A stretch of DNA of 64,000 nt from positions 124,001 through 188,000 of the forward strand of contig NIVC01001888.1 of assembly GCA_002269645.1 (NCBI GenBank), given 5' to 3'. Under the pieces are notes generated by a model. It was not told the origin of the DNA, searched no databases, and worked only from the letters and a program-made list of their open reading frames with translations. Every line of letters begins with the position of its first letter. The first letter of the stretch is position 1. Below, in pieces: positions 46,118-60,700 of this stretch. The translations under genes were made by a program, and so were the position numbers. The DNA comes from Macrostomum lignano. Its lineage: Eukaryota.

Positions 46118-47304
46118 CCAACTAGCGGATCACTACAATACCCTAGCTTAAAATTTCTAATTGCGCCTTTCTGTATTATCCCTGTCTTGCCCTAATTTTT
46201 ATTGCCTCTTGGAATTTTAGCCTAAAGCTACCATGTAAATTTCAGTAGACTGGCTAATGTACATTATTGCTAAACCAATTAGCAAAAGTAAATTGTTTAC
46301 ACTTACAAGCTTGGCTTCTAAACTTATTTAAGTAGTTTATCTGTCTTTATTTTTATAAAATGGCCTATGCATTCTTATTTGCTACTGAACAAAAAGTAGA
46401 AAATTGTTTTACTAAGTATATATGCCTAAGTGGCCTATTTAATCATTTTAGTTAGTATTTGTACTTTAGTTTAATAACTGATAATAATAAGCTACCTATT
46501 AGTATATCAGATATCTAAGGAAATAAAACATTTGGGTACTAACCAATTTGGTGCCAAACAAATTTGGCAATAGAGATATTTATACATGTGTAACCTTGAG
46601 TTTTGGAAATTAGGGAATATAATCCTGGGATCCTAAGATCCTGAAATCCTGGGATTAGGCCCAAAGGATTGACCACCAGGATCCCAATCTTGGTTTGCAA
46701 TAACTTAATCATTCATTGTTGAGTAATAGTATCTATAGCTGAGCTAATATTAGGTGAAAATCATAACCCAGTTGTCCTGCTTTGATTTAATAATCTTTTA
46801 AACATGTAGGCTAATGAGAAGGCTAATGCTGCAGGGATAAAAAACTGAAGCTATTGGGAGATTGTAGGAGAATTCAGGTATAAAATGTATATGCAACTCT
46901 GTGCATATGGTACTTGCAGACTAGGAGAATTCAGGTATAAAATGTATATGCAACTCTGTACATATGGTACTTGCAGACTAATCTAATCTAAATATACTAA
47001 TTACAAGCTGTTGAAACCCGCGGATTTTGAACCCGGGGAATTCTAATCTCCGGAACTACTTTTGCATGTATTCTGAAATCTAAGGCCATACACAAACAAA
47101 TTAATAGTAGGATAGAGGTAGACATAAAATGGAGCACATTCGTGTAAAATTAGGGTTTGAGGCAAACGTTGATATTGTTGGCTGGGGTACTGCGCAAAAT
47201 GTCAGGCAATGTCTGTCTGACTCTAAAACATATATTGCTAAACTCTGGTCTCTCCCTGACTCTCCCTACATCCCTTGGATCCTTTAAAATTTCTATCGTC
47301 TCTT

Positions 47305-47715
47305 TGTTTCCTTTCTTCTCTCTCATCCCTCGTCTCTCCTCTCTCTTCTCTCCTCTCTCCTCTCTTCTCTTGTATCTTCCCTCATCTCTCTTCTGTTTCA
47401 TCTCTCTTCCCTATTCTTTTCTCTCTCCTCTCCTCTCTCCTTTCTACTTTTCGTTTTCTCTCTGCTCTTCTCTCTCCTCTCTACTCTTTCGTTTTCTCTC
47501 TCCTCTCCTCTCTCCTCTCTCCCCCTCTTCTCTCATCTCTTCCCTCACATCTTTCCTCTCTCTCTTTCCACTCATCTCTTTTCTTGTTTTATATCTTCTC
47601 TCTCCCCTCGTCGCCCGTCTCTTCCCTCACCTCTCTTCTCTCTCGTCTGCTCTTTCATCTCTCCTTTCTCTTCTTTTATCTTTTCTCTTATCTCTTCTCG
47701 TTTCTATCTGCTCTG

Positions 47716-47795
<80 letters not shown>

Positions 47796-48800
47796 CATTC
47801 TCCTATTTCCTCTTCTCTCTCCCTGTCTCTCCTCTCTCCTCTAGTCTCTGTAATCTCTTCTCTCCCATCTTTCTTCTCCTCTCTACTCTCTCCCCTCCAT
47901 TCTCCTCTTTTCTCTCCTCTCGCCTCACTCACTTCTCTCTCCCTTTGTCTCTCCTCTCGTCTCTGTAATCTCTTCTCTCTTATCTCTCTTCTGTTCTCTC
48001 TATTCTCCCATCTCTCGTCTGTTCATTTTCGTCTCTGCTCTCAGCTCATCCCCCTCTTTCATCTGTCATCTTTACTGTCTTAATGTTCTCTCATTTTGTC
48101 CTCTGTACTCTTTTCTTTCACCTCTTTTGTCTCCTCACTTTCCTTTCTCCTTTCTTCTCTTCTCTTCTCTTCCCTCTTCTATATACTCTCTCCATCTCTT
48201 GTCTCGTCTCTTCTCTCTCCACTCTCCTCCTTTATCTCTCATCTCTCATTTCTCATCTCTCCTTACACCTCTCTCATCTGTACAACTTTATCTCTTCTCT
48301 CTTCCATTCTTTCTCTTATCTCTCCTTTCTCCTCTTTACTAACTCCTCTCTACTCGCTCCTCTACACTCTCCTCTCCACTCGCTACTCTACTGTCTACTC
48401 TCTCCTATCTACTCTACTGTCTACTCTCTCCTATCTACTCGCTCCTCTACTCGCTCCTCTACTCTCTCCTCTCTACTCGCCCCTCTACTCGCTCTTCTAC
48501 TCTCTCCTCTTTACTCGCTCCTCTCTACTCTTTCCTCTCCACTCGCTACTCTACTCTCTACTCTCTCCTCTCTACTCGCTACTCTACTCTCTCCTCTCTA
48601 CTCGCTCCTCTCTACTCTTTCCTCTCTACTCGCTCCTCTACTCTCTCCTCTACTCTCTCCTCTCTACTCGCTCCTCTACTCTCTCCTCTCTACTCTCTCC
48701 TCTCATCGTCCTCACTCCCTCATCTCTCCTATTATCTTTTATCTTTTCTCTTATTCCCTCTCTCACCTCTCCTCTCTTTTCGAATAGTCTATTCCTTCTT
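47305..48800. repeat. CT-rich low-complexity region with pure (CT)n at about 47722-47790 and CTCTACTCG-type repeats
   Basis: Read directly. Confidence 0.95.
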
Positions 48801-49524
48801 CTCCCCACTCTCAACTGCCCCTCAGCCATAAGCTGGATTCTTTTCTGGACTTAGAGGTAAAAGTCTGCCCATTCCTGCTTGGAAAGCCAGTTTGTGGGAC
48901 GTAGTACTCTCATGGCTGTTCTCATGCTTTGATCATGTCATCTTTCTTGCCAATTTGCAAGCCCTGAAAAGAATTTTTGTATCTTCAGCTCCACTGCAGT
49001 CTGCATCAGTCTAACAACCAAGGAAATACGCATTTCTTAGGAGGCCATTTAAAATTTACACAGTACCTTTAAAAGAAACCTAAAATTTCCATGGTGTGCC
49101 TAATTTAGTAGGGTTATATTGCATTGCATCGCATCGCCTTTTCATAAATCTTTCGCTTTTACAAACCATGCTGGATTCCCTCGATTTGCCAATTGCCATC
49201 CAGTGTTAAACTGCTGCAGAGTTTGCCAATACAGAGGGGAGGGCAGTGGTTAGAATTTCTCACTAAACTGTTATGGCTAAACGTAGCCTCTCCACTCTCG
49301 GGGTGCAGAGAAGGTTATAAATAAAGCTATTCCAAAACACTGTACATTCGCTATGTACATTGAGCCCTATCGCCTGACCCTTCGTCTGGACTGCGGGAAT
49401 GAGTGAGTTGAGCGCCACAAACAACAGAAAAAGCAGACAAACTTCACATGCTTACAGTTTCTGTTCTGATTGAGTTACAGAGTTAAGACTTAACATTTAG
49501 ACAGAGAATGAGTCAATGAAGAAT

Positions 49525-50030
49525 TGTGTCAAGTTTGAAGTCAATCGCTTCACGTGGAGCAAACTTATGGCAGCCGAAAGTTAGTCATTTTAAACCCCTT
49601 TTTCACATCTGGGCCCAGATCGGGAAAGAGAGGCAGGCGGGCGGAGGTTGGGGTGGCTGCCTCGCTGAAAAAACAGCCTAACTTTAAAAGTGCACAGCGG
49701 CTTTCAGGAGTAACTTTAAGATTTGAAATTTTACACGATTGTGTCAAAATAGTTGAAAATTGCCTGTGTCAAATTTGAAGAGAATCGGTAGAAGTGGAGC
49801 GGCGCTATGGAGGATTTAGTGAAAAAATCGCGCATTTTGAGCAGTTTTTTGTACTTTTAGGTAGGAAGACTTGAGTCTAGGAAATTAAAAGGTAGCCTAA
49901 GACATTCTCCGTAGTAAGTTTAGGGTGGGTGTAAAGTTTGGTGTAATTTGGTTGAGCGGTTTGGGAGTCCATAGCGAAGTAATTTGTCCACAGACAGACA
50001 GACAGAGTTTTGGTTTTTATAGGTAGAGAT
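49525..50030 (+). mobile_element. Possible non-autonomous Helitron/Helentron-like element fragment
   Basis: AAGTTTGGTGTAATTTGGTTGAGCGGTTTGGGAG...(CAGA)n...TTTTTATAGGTAGAGAT resembles, from recall, the 3' architecture of such elements. TGTGTCAA(G/A)TTTGAAG is repeated internally. Confidence 0.4.
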
Positions 50031-53000
50031 TATTCTAAAACCCGTGCACAGAGTCCAAAGCAATAGAGGCCAATTCCTCATTGTTTCCTATCATAGTACT
50101 ATAGCTTGCCAAACGGGAGTCAAATCATTGTTAATTTGAACTCTTAAACCCAGCTAAAATCAAGGGGTGTCAAGTCTTAACTTGTGCAGATCAAAAGCCC
50201 CTTTTTAAAGTGCAAAAGTATATGTATTTTAAGCAGTCCTTACCTTCAAAACTCCTTGACCATAGTTAGGATTAAAATAGTAGGACCTTGCTATCTAACT
50301 ATAACCCAATATACCAATTTACTATCTAGGATAGGTGCCCTTAGGAGGGTGAAGTCTGATCCTCTTCTACCCTGATATCAGTACCTTAGGTCATAGCTGC
50401 TCTATAAGCTATTATTTCCAAGGCTATATTACAATCAAGTGCAATTTTCCTGAGCTGATACTAGCATGTAAAAAAGCACATCTATTATGCTAGCCTATAC
50501 ATTAGACTCAAATTCAGAGCTCACTGTCAGTTTCTTGTTAGCAAAATATTTTGTTCTATTCTACTTTTATCATTAAAAGCCCTTTAAAATTAGTCTAGAT
50601 AGCTTTATAAACCAAAGTTGCACCAACAAAGAATATAAACTTTTTGGCATTCTTCTCAAATAGTTTATTAAACTATTTTTATGTTTTTCACATTTTCTCT
50701 ACTTTTTTAGAAGCTGATTTTAGCATGTTTGGACATCTCCTAAGCTATTAAAACAGTAAAATTAACAACTTTTTAAAGTAATTTTTCTGTCTTTAGACTA
50801 GAGCAGGGCAAAAAAGAAATGAAGGGCCTAGGCTACAAGTTAAACTTGTATTTATACTAAAAAAGCAAATAGGTCAGCTTATATATCTATGGTAAATTAA
50901 TGGCTAGGATTGTCTGTGGGGAAGAGCATGGTAGACAAAGGGAGTTGGCTAAATTGCAAAACATAAAGTACAAATCCAACATGTGTTGTCTAACATGATA
51001 CTAATGCTTGTTGGGAAGTGTCTATGGTCTAAAGGGATGAGTTGGTTAGAGGGGGGGAGTCTAAACACTTAGACTTATGTTCTTATTGCTAATTAGTTTT
51101 TGCTAAGACCATTAACCAACTATTAAATCTATAATACCATGCCAGGAGGCTGCCTTCAAATTGTTAGGAATCGTTAAGAATTGGTAAAGGCAAAAAAAGT
51201 GCTTAAAAACAAAGTTGTTGATTTTACTATTTTAATAGCTTGGGAGATGTTCAAACATGCTAAAATCAGCTTCCAAAGTAGAGAATATTAAGTAGAGAAA
51301 GTAGAGAATAGTAGAGAAATATTAACAAATGATTTGAGAAAAATGCCAAACTTTTTTTAATCTTAAGATCTTAGGATCCAGGCCCAATTCATCAGGATCC
51401 TAGGATTGGCAAAGTCTAGGATATCCCAATCCTAAGAGTCCCAGGATTGGTGAAACTTTGGATTTTGTATTTCCTATTGGAAATCTTCAAGAAATTGGAT
51501 AGAAATGCTAAGCAAAATTTCTGGGAAGAATAGAACTTTATCAATGAGCATTTTAGGAAAAATTTAAGTAATTAGCTTTAAATTTAGTTAGATTAGGCCC
51601 CTCTGATCAAATCAACTATAGATATATAAGATTTATTACCAAATTTGTCTAGATTAGGCCTATTATCAAATTTGCTTTTGCCAAATTTATCTATATTAAA
51701 TTTCTGTCAACAAATTAGTTTGTCCTCAATTTGGTTAGCATTCAATAATTTACACATTGTAAAAGTTTCAATAACCAAAAACCATGACAAATATAGTATT
51801 AAGACAGACAAACATTGCGTCAGTTTTAGTATTAGGAGATACCTTTTTTCAGTTTTTGCCAACCAAGTCCAAGGCATCAAATCTATAAAGTTTGTGAACA
51901 ATCTGTAATAAAAAACAGAAAATACAATATTTAGGCATTTTGGAAAATAGTCCTTAATTTTTACAAAGAAATCCACAATGTAGAAAAATCCTTGGTGGTA
52001 ATCTTTTGGTTTGCCACAAAAAATTATTTTAATGTGTGTTATATCATATCATATATCATATTATAGCATAGGCCTAAAAATAATTGAAAGCAGGAAACCA
52101 AAAGATTGCCAAATCTTCAACCCAAATCTATAGGTAGGGGGCCCTATATGGGAATACAATCCATTTCGGTAACGGCCACTTCGGTAACAAATCAGATTTA
52201 CGACTGTCAACACTTTATTTTTATGATAATTAAGTTTAGCAATAAGTAGTTTTAATAACTAACATCTCAAATATCTTATTGCACATATCGTTAAACTTTT
52301 TAGGTAAACTGTATTATACTTTGTTTAAACTTGTGCGGTAACTTTGGAAACATTTACAGGCAAAGAAAATGAGGGCCTAACTGTTCGCAAATTAATTTAT
52401 ATGAATTATTATAGGGCCTAGTTTATGCCTATAATAATTTCATCTTATTATTCTAAAATCTTAGTTCATCAGTGTGCATCAGGATATGTGATCCTTAGAT
52501 TCAGTTTCTAGTTCATATGACTTAAAATCTCCACCTAGTTCTAGGTCGATTAAAATCGCTTTTCTTTATGCCATACTTCTACTCTACTTTAAATCTCATT
52601 TATAGATTTAGAGCAATCTCAAGACCCAAGTGAAATTGTAACAGTTTAATTTAAATGTAATTTTTTATGGCTAGTCCTAATAAAAAACATTATTATAATT
52701 TGCTTTTATTTCTTCTAGTTTGTAATTTAGTGAAATCTACATTTTGTATATCACATGTACAATCAGGTAAGTTATTATAAATTATTTTCTTTAAGCCTAC
52801 TTAGGCCCAATGGCAATAGCCTAATACTTTTATTATATAGTAGGTCTAGTTACCAATCACATAAAGAGACCCTAATATAACTGTAGACCTAGTACTCCTA
52901 ATTCATATTCTCTGGTTTTCTTTTCACTTTCCTATTCTTATCTATCTTTTGTATAATATATTTATTTCATATTTATTTCTTTTACTAGTTAGATATAAAA

Positions 53001-53498
53001 AATCATATAGGGCCTAATCAATTAGGTATTTCTTTGATTAAGCCTAGGCTTATATTTGGATTGGGCCTAGATCTTTTTCATATTTCTAGGCTATTCTTTC
53101 CAAAATTGTTAGGTCTAGATATAGTTTTTCTAAAAGAACCAAGAAAATAATTTTTCTATTTGCTTTTAAAATAATGCTATTTAGTATTTGCTAAAAAAAT
53201 TCTTATAGCCTATATAGTAATAAATTTCTATTTCTAGCTAGGCCCTATAATTTTTGTCAAAATAATGTAGAAAAGACTTCAAAAAATATCAATCAGCCTA
53301 TCTAGCACTAGCAAGGCCTACGTTTTGGTGATTCTTCGGTTTCCCACTCTAAATTATTTTAACATTAGATATTATTATACTATAAAACAAGTTTGAATAG
53401 CACAACAGAGGTGAGCATAACAAAAAAATAAAAATATATAATATAAGAAGCTATAGTCAGTTACTCAGTCAGTGGCACTACAGTAGATAGTAGTGACT

Positions 53499-53764
53499 CA
53501 TACATGCGCAACAGTCGGCTGAGTCGGCCAATCCAGCCGACCGATTTGGTGGCCAGCCAAGGAAGTTGCAAAAATGCCCACCCAAAAAAAATAATCAAGT
53601 AGTAGTACTAAGTAGCTGATGAGGCATTTTGGCTTAATAAGACAGTCATAGGCTAGTTACTTTTGCCGTTTACCCAAAGTTGCATTAATTTTGCTTTAGG
53701 GTTTTTTTACATGTAAGTTGCATTTTTGGCCAAAAACTATGTCACATTTGGTTGCGCATGTATG
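53499..53764. mobile_element. hAT-type MITE, same family as 24069-24302
   Basis: Perfect 14-bp TIR CATACATGCGCAAC; perfect 8-bp TSD TAGTGACT (53491-53498, 53765-53772). Confidence 0.88.
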
Positions 53765-53789
53765 TAGTGACTAATCAAAATCAAAACCA

Positions 53790-53945
53790 TTCACTTTAGA
53801 ATCAGGATCATTCACTTCAGGATTGGGAAAATTCACTTCAGGGTCGGGATAATTCCCTTAGGATTGGGTTCATTCACTTTAGAATCAAAATCATTTGCTT
53901 CAGAATTGGGATCATTAACTTCAGAATTGGAATGGATCATTTTAG
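53790..53945. repeat. Degenerate ~21-bp tandem repeat (ATTCACTT(T/C)AG(A/G)AT...)
   Basis: About 7 imperfect units. Confidence 0.7.
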
Positions 53946-54756
53946 AATTATTTTAGAATTGCCATTCAAACCCTTTATAATATAATATCACATTAAAATA
54001 ATTTCAAGTGGGAAACCGAAGGATCGCTCATATTCTATCTCAGCATATTCCAGCCTTTTTACTATAGCCATTATAGGAATCACCTAGCTGTTTCTATTGG
54101 CAATATACACATAAGTTGCTATTGGCTAAGACTAAATTTTGTCTTATAGCAAATTACTTGTGTTGCTAATAGGAAATAGCTGGGTAAATCACTAAGTAGT
54201 AGGTTGTGCCCAAGTATAAAGCATCTATATTGACAGATTTTGCTATAATTTTTAATGTCAATATTAACCACAGAAATTAAAATAACTAAATAGGCTATCT
54301 AGGTATATATACTTGGTAAAACAGCTTTCTACTTTTTGTTCAGTAGCAATGAAGAATACATAAGCTTTTAAAAGCATAAAGAAAACTGAGATGACTTTGA
54401 TAAAATTTGAAAATAAACTTTCAGATATAAACAGCTTGCTAATTGGTTTAGCCATAATGTACATTAGCCACTGAAATTTAACAAGTAGATTTTTAGATTG
54501 GAACAACCAAGGAAGGTAATAAAAATTAGGGGTAGCTAGGTAGGGATAAAGATTCTGTATGGTCTCCACCTTAGACACTACCTTAGACTCTAATCCTATA
54601 CCATTCATGTTAGCTTTGTATATACCAGACAAAGTCAAATTTTGAAAGGTATGTTTGTATTTTATGTCAGTTTTGATTTTTAATCTAAGGTATAAATGTA
54701 TATTAAAATTGTCCAGATACAACTTTTTGGTCAAGGCCTGTATTTTTCTACATAAG

Positions 54757-57700
54757 CAGCTACAATGAGGTGCAAAAGTCAGAGACTATGCCTATAATTG
54801 TTCCAAAGCTGGCTGGCAACTTGTCTGTTAACTTGCAAGTGGATGATGGTTGTCCTATTTATCCAATGGATGTGTAAGTATGTTTTCATTTTTTCAATAT
54901 TTTTGCATGTGGAAATAGTTTTTTCTTTTGAACAAAATTTTATGTATAGGCTTGTGCATGTTGATTTTGGGTCACTCACTATAAATTATATTTTATTCAT
55001 TGTCTTTTAGATATTTTCTACTACTATTGTGCAGTAGTAGACTATTGGACTATTAACTCTATGTTAAAGTCATATAGGTAATCTTCACCTTGCATTGGTA
55101 TCAGATGTGCTTGCTCTAGCATCTATCAACATGCTGCAAATCAAAAAAATTAATTCTTTCATTTTGATTTCTGAAAGATTTTATGGCGATGGTTTTTAAT
55201 GTGACTTTTTGCATATTGATTAAATTAAATATAGCCAAATTGCTGTGCTAAAGAACAGGTTAGTTAGTTGCGCATATTGGTATTGGTTTGTATTTGAAGT
55301 TGTTTTTTGTCTAGGTGCCATTCTGCCAAAGGTGACAAGTGCACGGGGATTTTTTCTAAACTGTTTGTTTTTTTTTACCAATTATGTACTATAGAGTAGC
55401 TTATTTCAGAATAATCCTACTACAGAGTAGCCTACTACAGAGTAACGTACTGCAGAGAAGCCTATTGCAGAGTAACCTACTACAGAGAAACAGCAAGTTC
55501 AAATAAGCATCTCAGAGGTCGTAGTTACAAAAGAGTGTTTCTCTGGATGAGAAAAGGTTTAAATTGTCACGTGACTGGTCTGAACCAATCCCCATCAGCA
55601 AGGTCGCAAAAGTGCCCATCCGGAAAATATACTAATACTAAGTAGATGACGCGGCATTTAGCCCTAATAATGCGGTCATAGTTACTCCTGCCGTTTGCCC
55701 AAAATCACGTCAATTTTGGTTTAGGTTCCTTTCATAGGTAAGTGGCATTTTCGGTCCAAAAGTAAGCCGCACGGCCAGCGTAGATCATGCCTGCATGACC
55801 AGCGATGAAGAAAGGTTATCGGTGTGTCACCCGCAGCTTGATCAGCAGCCAGCACGGCGCCGTTCCCTGGCTAAACGAGTCAGCCTGGTCGCCAGATCTG
55901 CTGATCCTTCGCCGACAGAGATTCGCTATTCGATTGGACAAATCCTCTACTCGCGCCCGGGCTATGTTCGATACCGTGGGCGGCGGGCTGTTCTACTTTA
56001 CCGTTATTAGCATGGAGCCCGAGCAGTCCAAGCTGCAGAAACTGGTAGGTAGGGCTGAAGACTAGGAACTCAATTTCTTAGAAACGCTCTTGAAATCCAC
56101 CTCTCAGAGTCTATCAACTTTTAGTTAAAACAATTTTGCTAGGGACTTTAAAGGTCGCTTTCTTGGACAATCTCTTTGCTCATGGAGATGTGTATCTAAT
56201 TATCAGAAGTTCCAGCTTTCATATGCTTCGAAAACATCGTGTTCTCCAGTCAATTTTATAAAATAGTGAATAAGAAAATTACTAAAAAGTACATTCCTAA
56301 AAACCATCCGACAAGCATATTCCTAGACAGCGTTGTATAGGCATTTTCCTTAAAATCATTCGATAAAGGTATCCCATTTTGCTAGAAACTCTGGCATGAC
56401 TTAAAGCACATTCCTAGAAAATCTGATAAGCATATTCCTAGAAACCTCCCGATAAGCATATTCCTAGAAACCTTCCGATAAGCATATTCCTAGAAACCTC
56501 CCAATAAGCATATTCCTAGAAACCTCCCGATAAGCATATTCCTTGAAACCTCCCGATAAGCATATTCCTAGAAACCTCCCAATAAGCATATTCCTAGAAA
56601 CCTCCCAATAAGCATATTCCTAGAAACCTCCCAATAAGCATATTCCTTGAAACCTCCCGATAAGCATATTCCTTGAAACCTCCCGATAAGCATATTCCTA
56701 GAAACCTCCCAATAAGCATATTCCTAGAAACCTCCCGATAAGCATATTCCTTGAAACCTCCCGATAAGCATATTCCTTGAAACCTCCCGATATCCCGATA
56801 AGCACATTCCTAGAAACCCTCGGATAAGCACATTCTTAAAAACCCTGCCTGCGGCCACGCCTCCCCTGAAGAGAGAATTCGGTCGATACAATATGCCCTG
56901 AAAACTACTGATTTCCCATGAATCCATGACCCAGCAGAAGTCCAAAAAAGCAATCCTAGAAATCCTATCGCATTGTCTGCACAGTGTACAGGTATGCAAA
57001 ATATTAGTGACTTTAGTTGATATCGGTATAGAATGAAACTAATCCATTCTGCCAGAGCCTCAGAAGTTGGCCTTTCATGGCTGAGTATCGCCTCAGGCCA
57101 ATCGCACGGAATCGAACCAACTATACATGCATACATTTTTCGCAAGAGGCAGCTGCTCAGCCTCTCAATTGCTTCATCAGTTGTTTATTATTAAAGTGCA
57201 GCCGAGCTCTGGCAGCCCGTCTCTATTCTGTCCAGCTCTCGGCCTGCCCAGGACAGTGCGGGACTCACATATAGGCTGATTTTGGATTTCACACGGTTTA
57301 TCTGTGCACTGCGGCTGCCTGGCTTTTTTATTGCATTTTGCACTTGGTGACCGACACTTCAGCATTTCACTGCTGAGATTTGTCAACTCGAAAGCTCAGC
57401 TTCTTTGTTCTCTATCAGATCCCAGCTCAGATCATGCAGACTCCGCTCAATAAACGCTTGTTTTCTCATGCTTCGAGAAAGCGCTAAACTATCAAAAAAA
57501 TGCAGCTGGCTGGCAGCCCAGCCTCCGCCCGTCATCTCTGAGCACAGAAGCGAAGGTGCAGTGAGGGGGCAGGCAGGGTGCTAAAGCACAATGCAGAGTC
57601 TCCATTGTGCAAGGCTGGGGCTGCAACTCTTTCGGGAGCAGCTGCCACTGCAGCCTCAGACAGCTCAGCTTTGCGCTGGTCATCTCAGCAGCCTCATCGC

Positions 57701-60700
57701 TAAATGAATCTCCAAGCTTCATCTGGAACGGCCCCACCCAGCTCAGCACTCGCAGTGCGACAGTCTGGCGTCATAAAAGCCCGCAAAGAGAAAACTACTC
57801 GAGTTCGCAATCACCCCATACTGGCCTCTCGAACCACCCAACCCCCGCAACTCCTGCCTGAGATAATAAATAAGTCTAGCTAGAATGCAGCTCCATTCAG
57901 CTCACTACTCAAAACAGACCGAGTACAGCACTGCTGGTTGCCCCCGGAGTCTGCCAAACTGCAGGGAGGCTGACAGAGCGGTGAGCTGGCCTGAGAATAG
58001 CGAGCGAGCAGAGATACAGAGAGGTTAAGCTGGCCTCTCTAACCACCCGCTGCCTACAGCTCGACTGCGTTTTGTCTTAAAAAGCCATTGTGACCATGCT
58101 CGCATATCATAATTCGATGGCTCTCAGGCCATTCAGTGCGTGCTCAAGCCTGTCTGTTGCTGCTGGCTGCAGGTGGCAGGAATGCAAAATGCAGCGAATT
58201 GCTGCGGCCGAGAGCTGGACAGAGTGGAGACGGGCTGCCGGAGCTCGGCTGCACTTTAATAGTAAACAACTGATGAAGCAATTGAGAGGCTGAGCAGCTG
58301 CCTCTTGCGAAAAATGTATGCATGTATAGTTGGTTCGATTCCGTGCGATTGGCCTGAGGCGATACTCAGCCATGAAAGGCCAACTTCTGAGGCTCTGGCA
58401 GAATGGATTAGTTTCATTCTATACCGATATCAACTAAAGTCACTAATATTTTGCATACCTGTACACTGTGCAGACAATGCGATAGGATTTCTAGGATTGC
58501 TTTTTTGGACTTCTGCTGGGTCATGGATTCATGGGAAATCAGTAGTTTTCAGGGCATATTGTATCGACCGAATTCTCTCTTCAGGGGAGGCGTGGGCCTG
58601 ATATAAGGAAATTCCTAGAAAACCTGGTATAAGCACATTCCTAGAAACCCTCCGGTAAGTAACTCCTAGAAACCCTCGGATAAGTACATTCCTAGAAACC
58701 CTCGGATAAGTACATTCCTAGAAACCCTCCGGTAAGCAATTCCTAGAAACCCTCTGATAAGTACATTCCTAGAAACCCTCCGGTAAGTAATTCCTAGAAA
58801 CCCTCGGATAAGTACATTCCTAGAAACCCTCCGGTAATAATTCCTAGAAATCCTCGGATAAGTACATTCCTAGAAACCCTCCGGTAAGTAATTCCTAGAA
58901 ACCCTCGGATAAGTACATTCCTAGAAACCCTCCGGTAAGTAATTCCTAGAAACCCTCGGATAAGTACATTCCTAGAAACCCTCCGGTAAGTAATTCCTAG
59001 AAACCCTCGGACTGTACGCCTATTCTTAGACAAAAATCTTAATGCTAGATGCTTAATCTTCAGATTTCGTTTTTTAATGCTCTTCAGCGGACACAAGCAA
59101 ACGTATTTCAGTGCTGCATACTTGTACTTTTAAATCGCAAACAATTTTTAGGGCATAAAAAAGACGCCATGCTATGCCGTGAACATTATGCTATCTGGTT
59201 ATGTGCCAATCACTACGCCCCTGCTTAGCCTGGATACTAATGTTACTGTGCGAATACTAATTGGCCAGGTGCAATTCTTCCGGTGAGTATAACCCCTATT
59301 CCTGTCATTTTTGCTTGATAAGATTGTAAGATTCGAGCTTATGAGATTCGACTTTATGAGATTTAAGTTTGTTAGATTCGAGTTTATGAGATTCGAGCTT
59401 ATGAGATTTGAGTTTGTTAGATTCGAGCTTGTGAGATTCGACTTTATGAGATTTAAGTTTGTAAGATTCGAGCTTATGAGATTCGACTTTATGAGATTTA
59501 AGTTTGTAAGATTCGAGCTTATGAGATTTGAGTTTGTTAGATTCGAGCTTGTGAGATTCTAGTTTATTAGATTTGAGTTTATGAAATTCGAGTTTATGAG
59601 ATTCGAGCTTATGAGATTCGAGTTTATGAGATTCGAGCTTATGAGATTTCAAGCTGATATGATTCGAGCTTGTGAGACCCCTGCCCTGTCTAGTGTTTAC
59701 AAATCAGTTGTGTTTTTAACTTCTACTAACAATTTTAGCCTCGCCCTGCCCGAGTTTGCCTACAGCGTTGAACTCGAGATATTCGACTGCACTCCGAAAA
59801 TCCACTTTGCCGGCTTAGGCCTCAGAAATGCCAGCGAATCCGGCTGCGCGCTGTTCGCTCTCGTGTCAGCCGGCTCCGTTGCCGACCCTCGCCAGCTGTC
59901 AGCAAGATTAACGTCTACTAAGCGAATATTCGCCGGCCAATTGTCGCCTCTGTCCGATGCCAATTATTTGTCATTGGCTGCTAATAAAGTTCCAGTTAGT
60001 GTGACTGTATCGGTGCGCCTGCACCGGAAATGTCGACCGCCTTCGGCTAACCTGTCGTTATTGGCTACTTCAGCCTCATCCAATTCAGAAACTGCGTGCG
60101 AGCTGTACTCGCCAAGTTTACAGGTGAAAAATAGTTTTTTTAGTTTCTTATCTTAAGTTTTATCTCCTATGTGCTCAATTTTATATCTTTCATCACTTCC
60201 TCAATCTGATCTGATCTTTCAATTATCTTATACCGAATATTGTTTTCATATGTCTCTTGAACGTTCTTTACATCTTATCTACAGCCCTATCTTCTCTTCA
60301 TATTATCATTAATCTTCCTCTTATCGTCTCCCCAATCTTCCCTTTATCTCATCCCCAAACTCGCCTTCATCTCATCCCCAAATCTCGCCTTCATCTCATC
60401 CCAAATCTCGCCTTCATCTCATCCCCACTCTTCAATGATTCCTTAATCTCATCCCATCATTCTCGCCTAATCATCTCGCCACCGTGACCCCCACCCCACG
60501 CAGAACTACATCTATGGCAAGACGCTGATCGCGCCGTCCAGCCGAGAGGCTGGCGGACGAATTCTGCGCATTTATTCCAGCATCCCCACTGTGATCCCCT
60601 TCACTATTCGCGGCCTATTCGACTCGGTTCGCTACCTGCTAATTGATGTCGAGTCCAAGACTAATCCAGTGTCCTTGGACTTTTGTCTCGGCAGGCGGCT

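Noticed and set aside
47150-48854. Leu/Ser-rich ORFs (also 4635-5112)
   Set aside because: Translation of CT-rich low-complexity DNA.
54264-54734. 156-aa AT-rich minus-strand ORF
   Set aside because: Non-ATG start, overlaps a dispersed repeat, and has no protein-like motifs.
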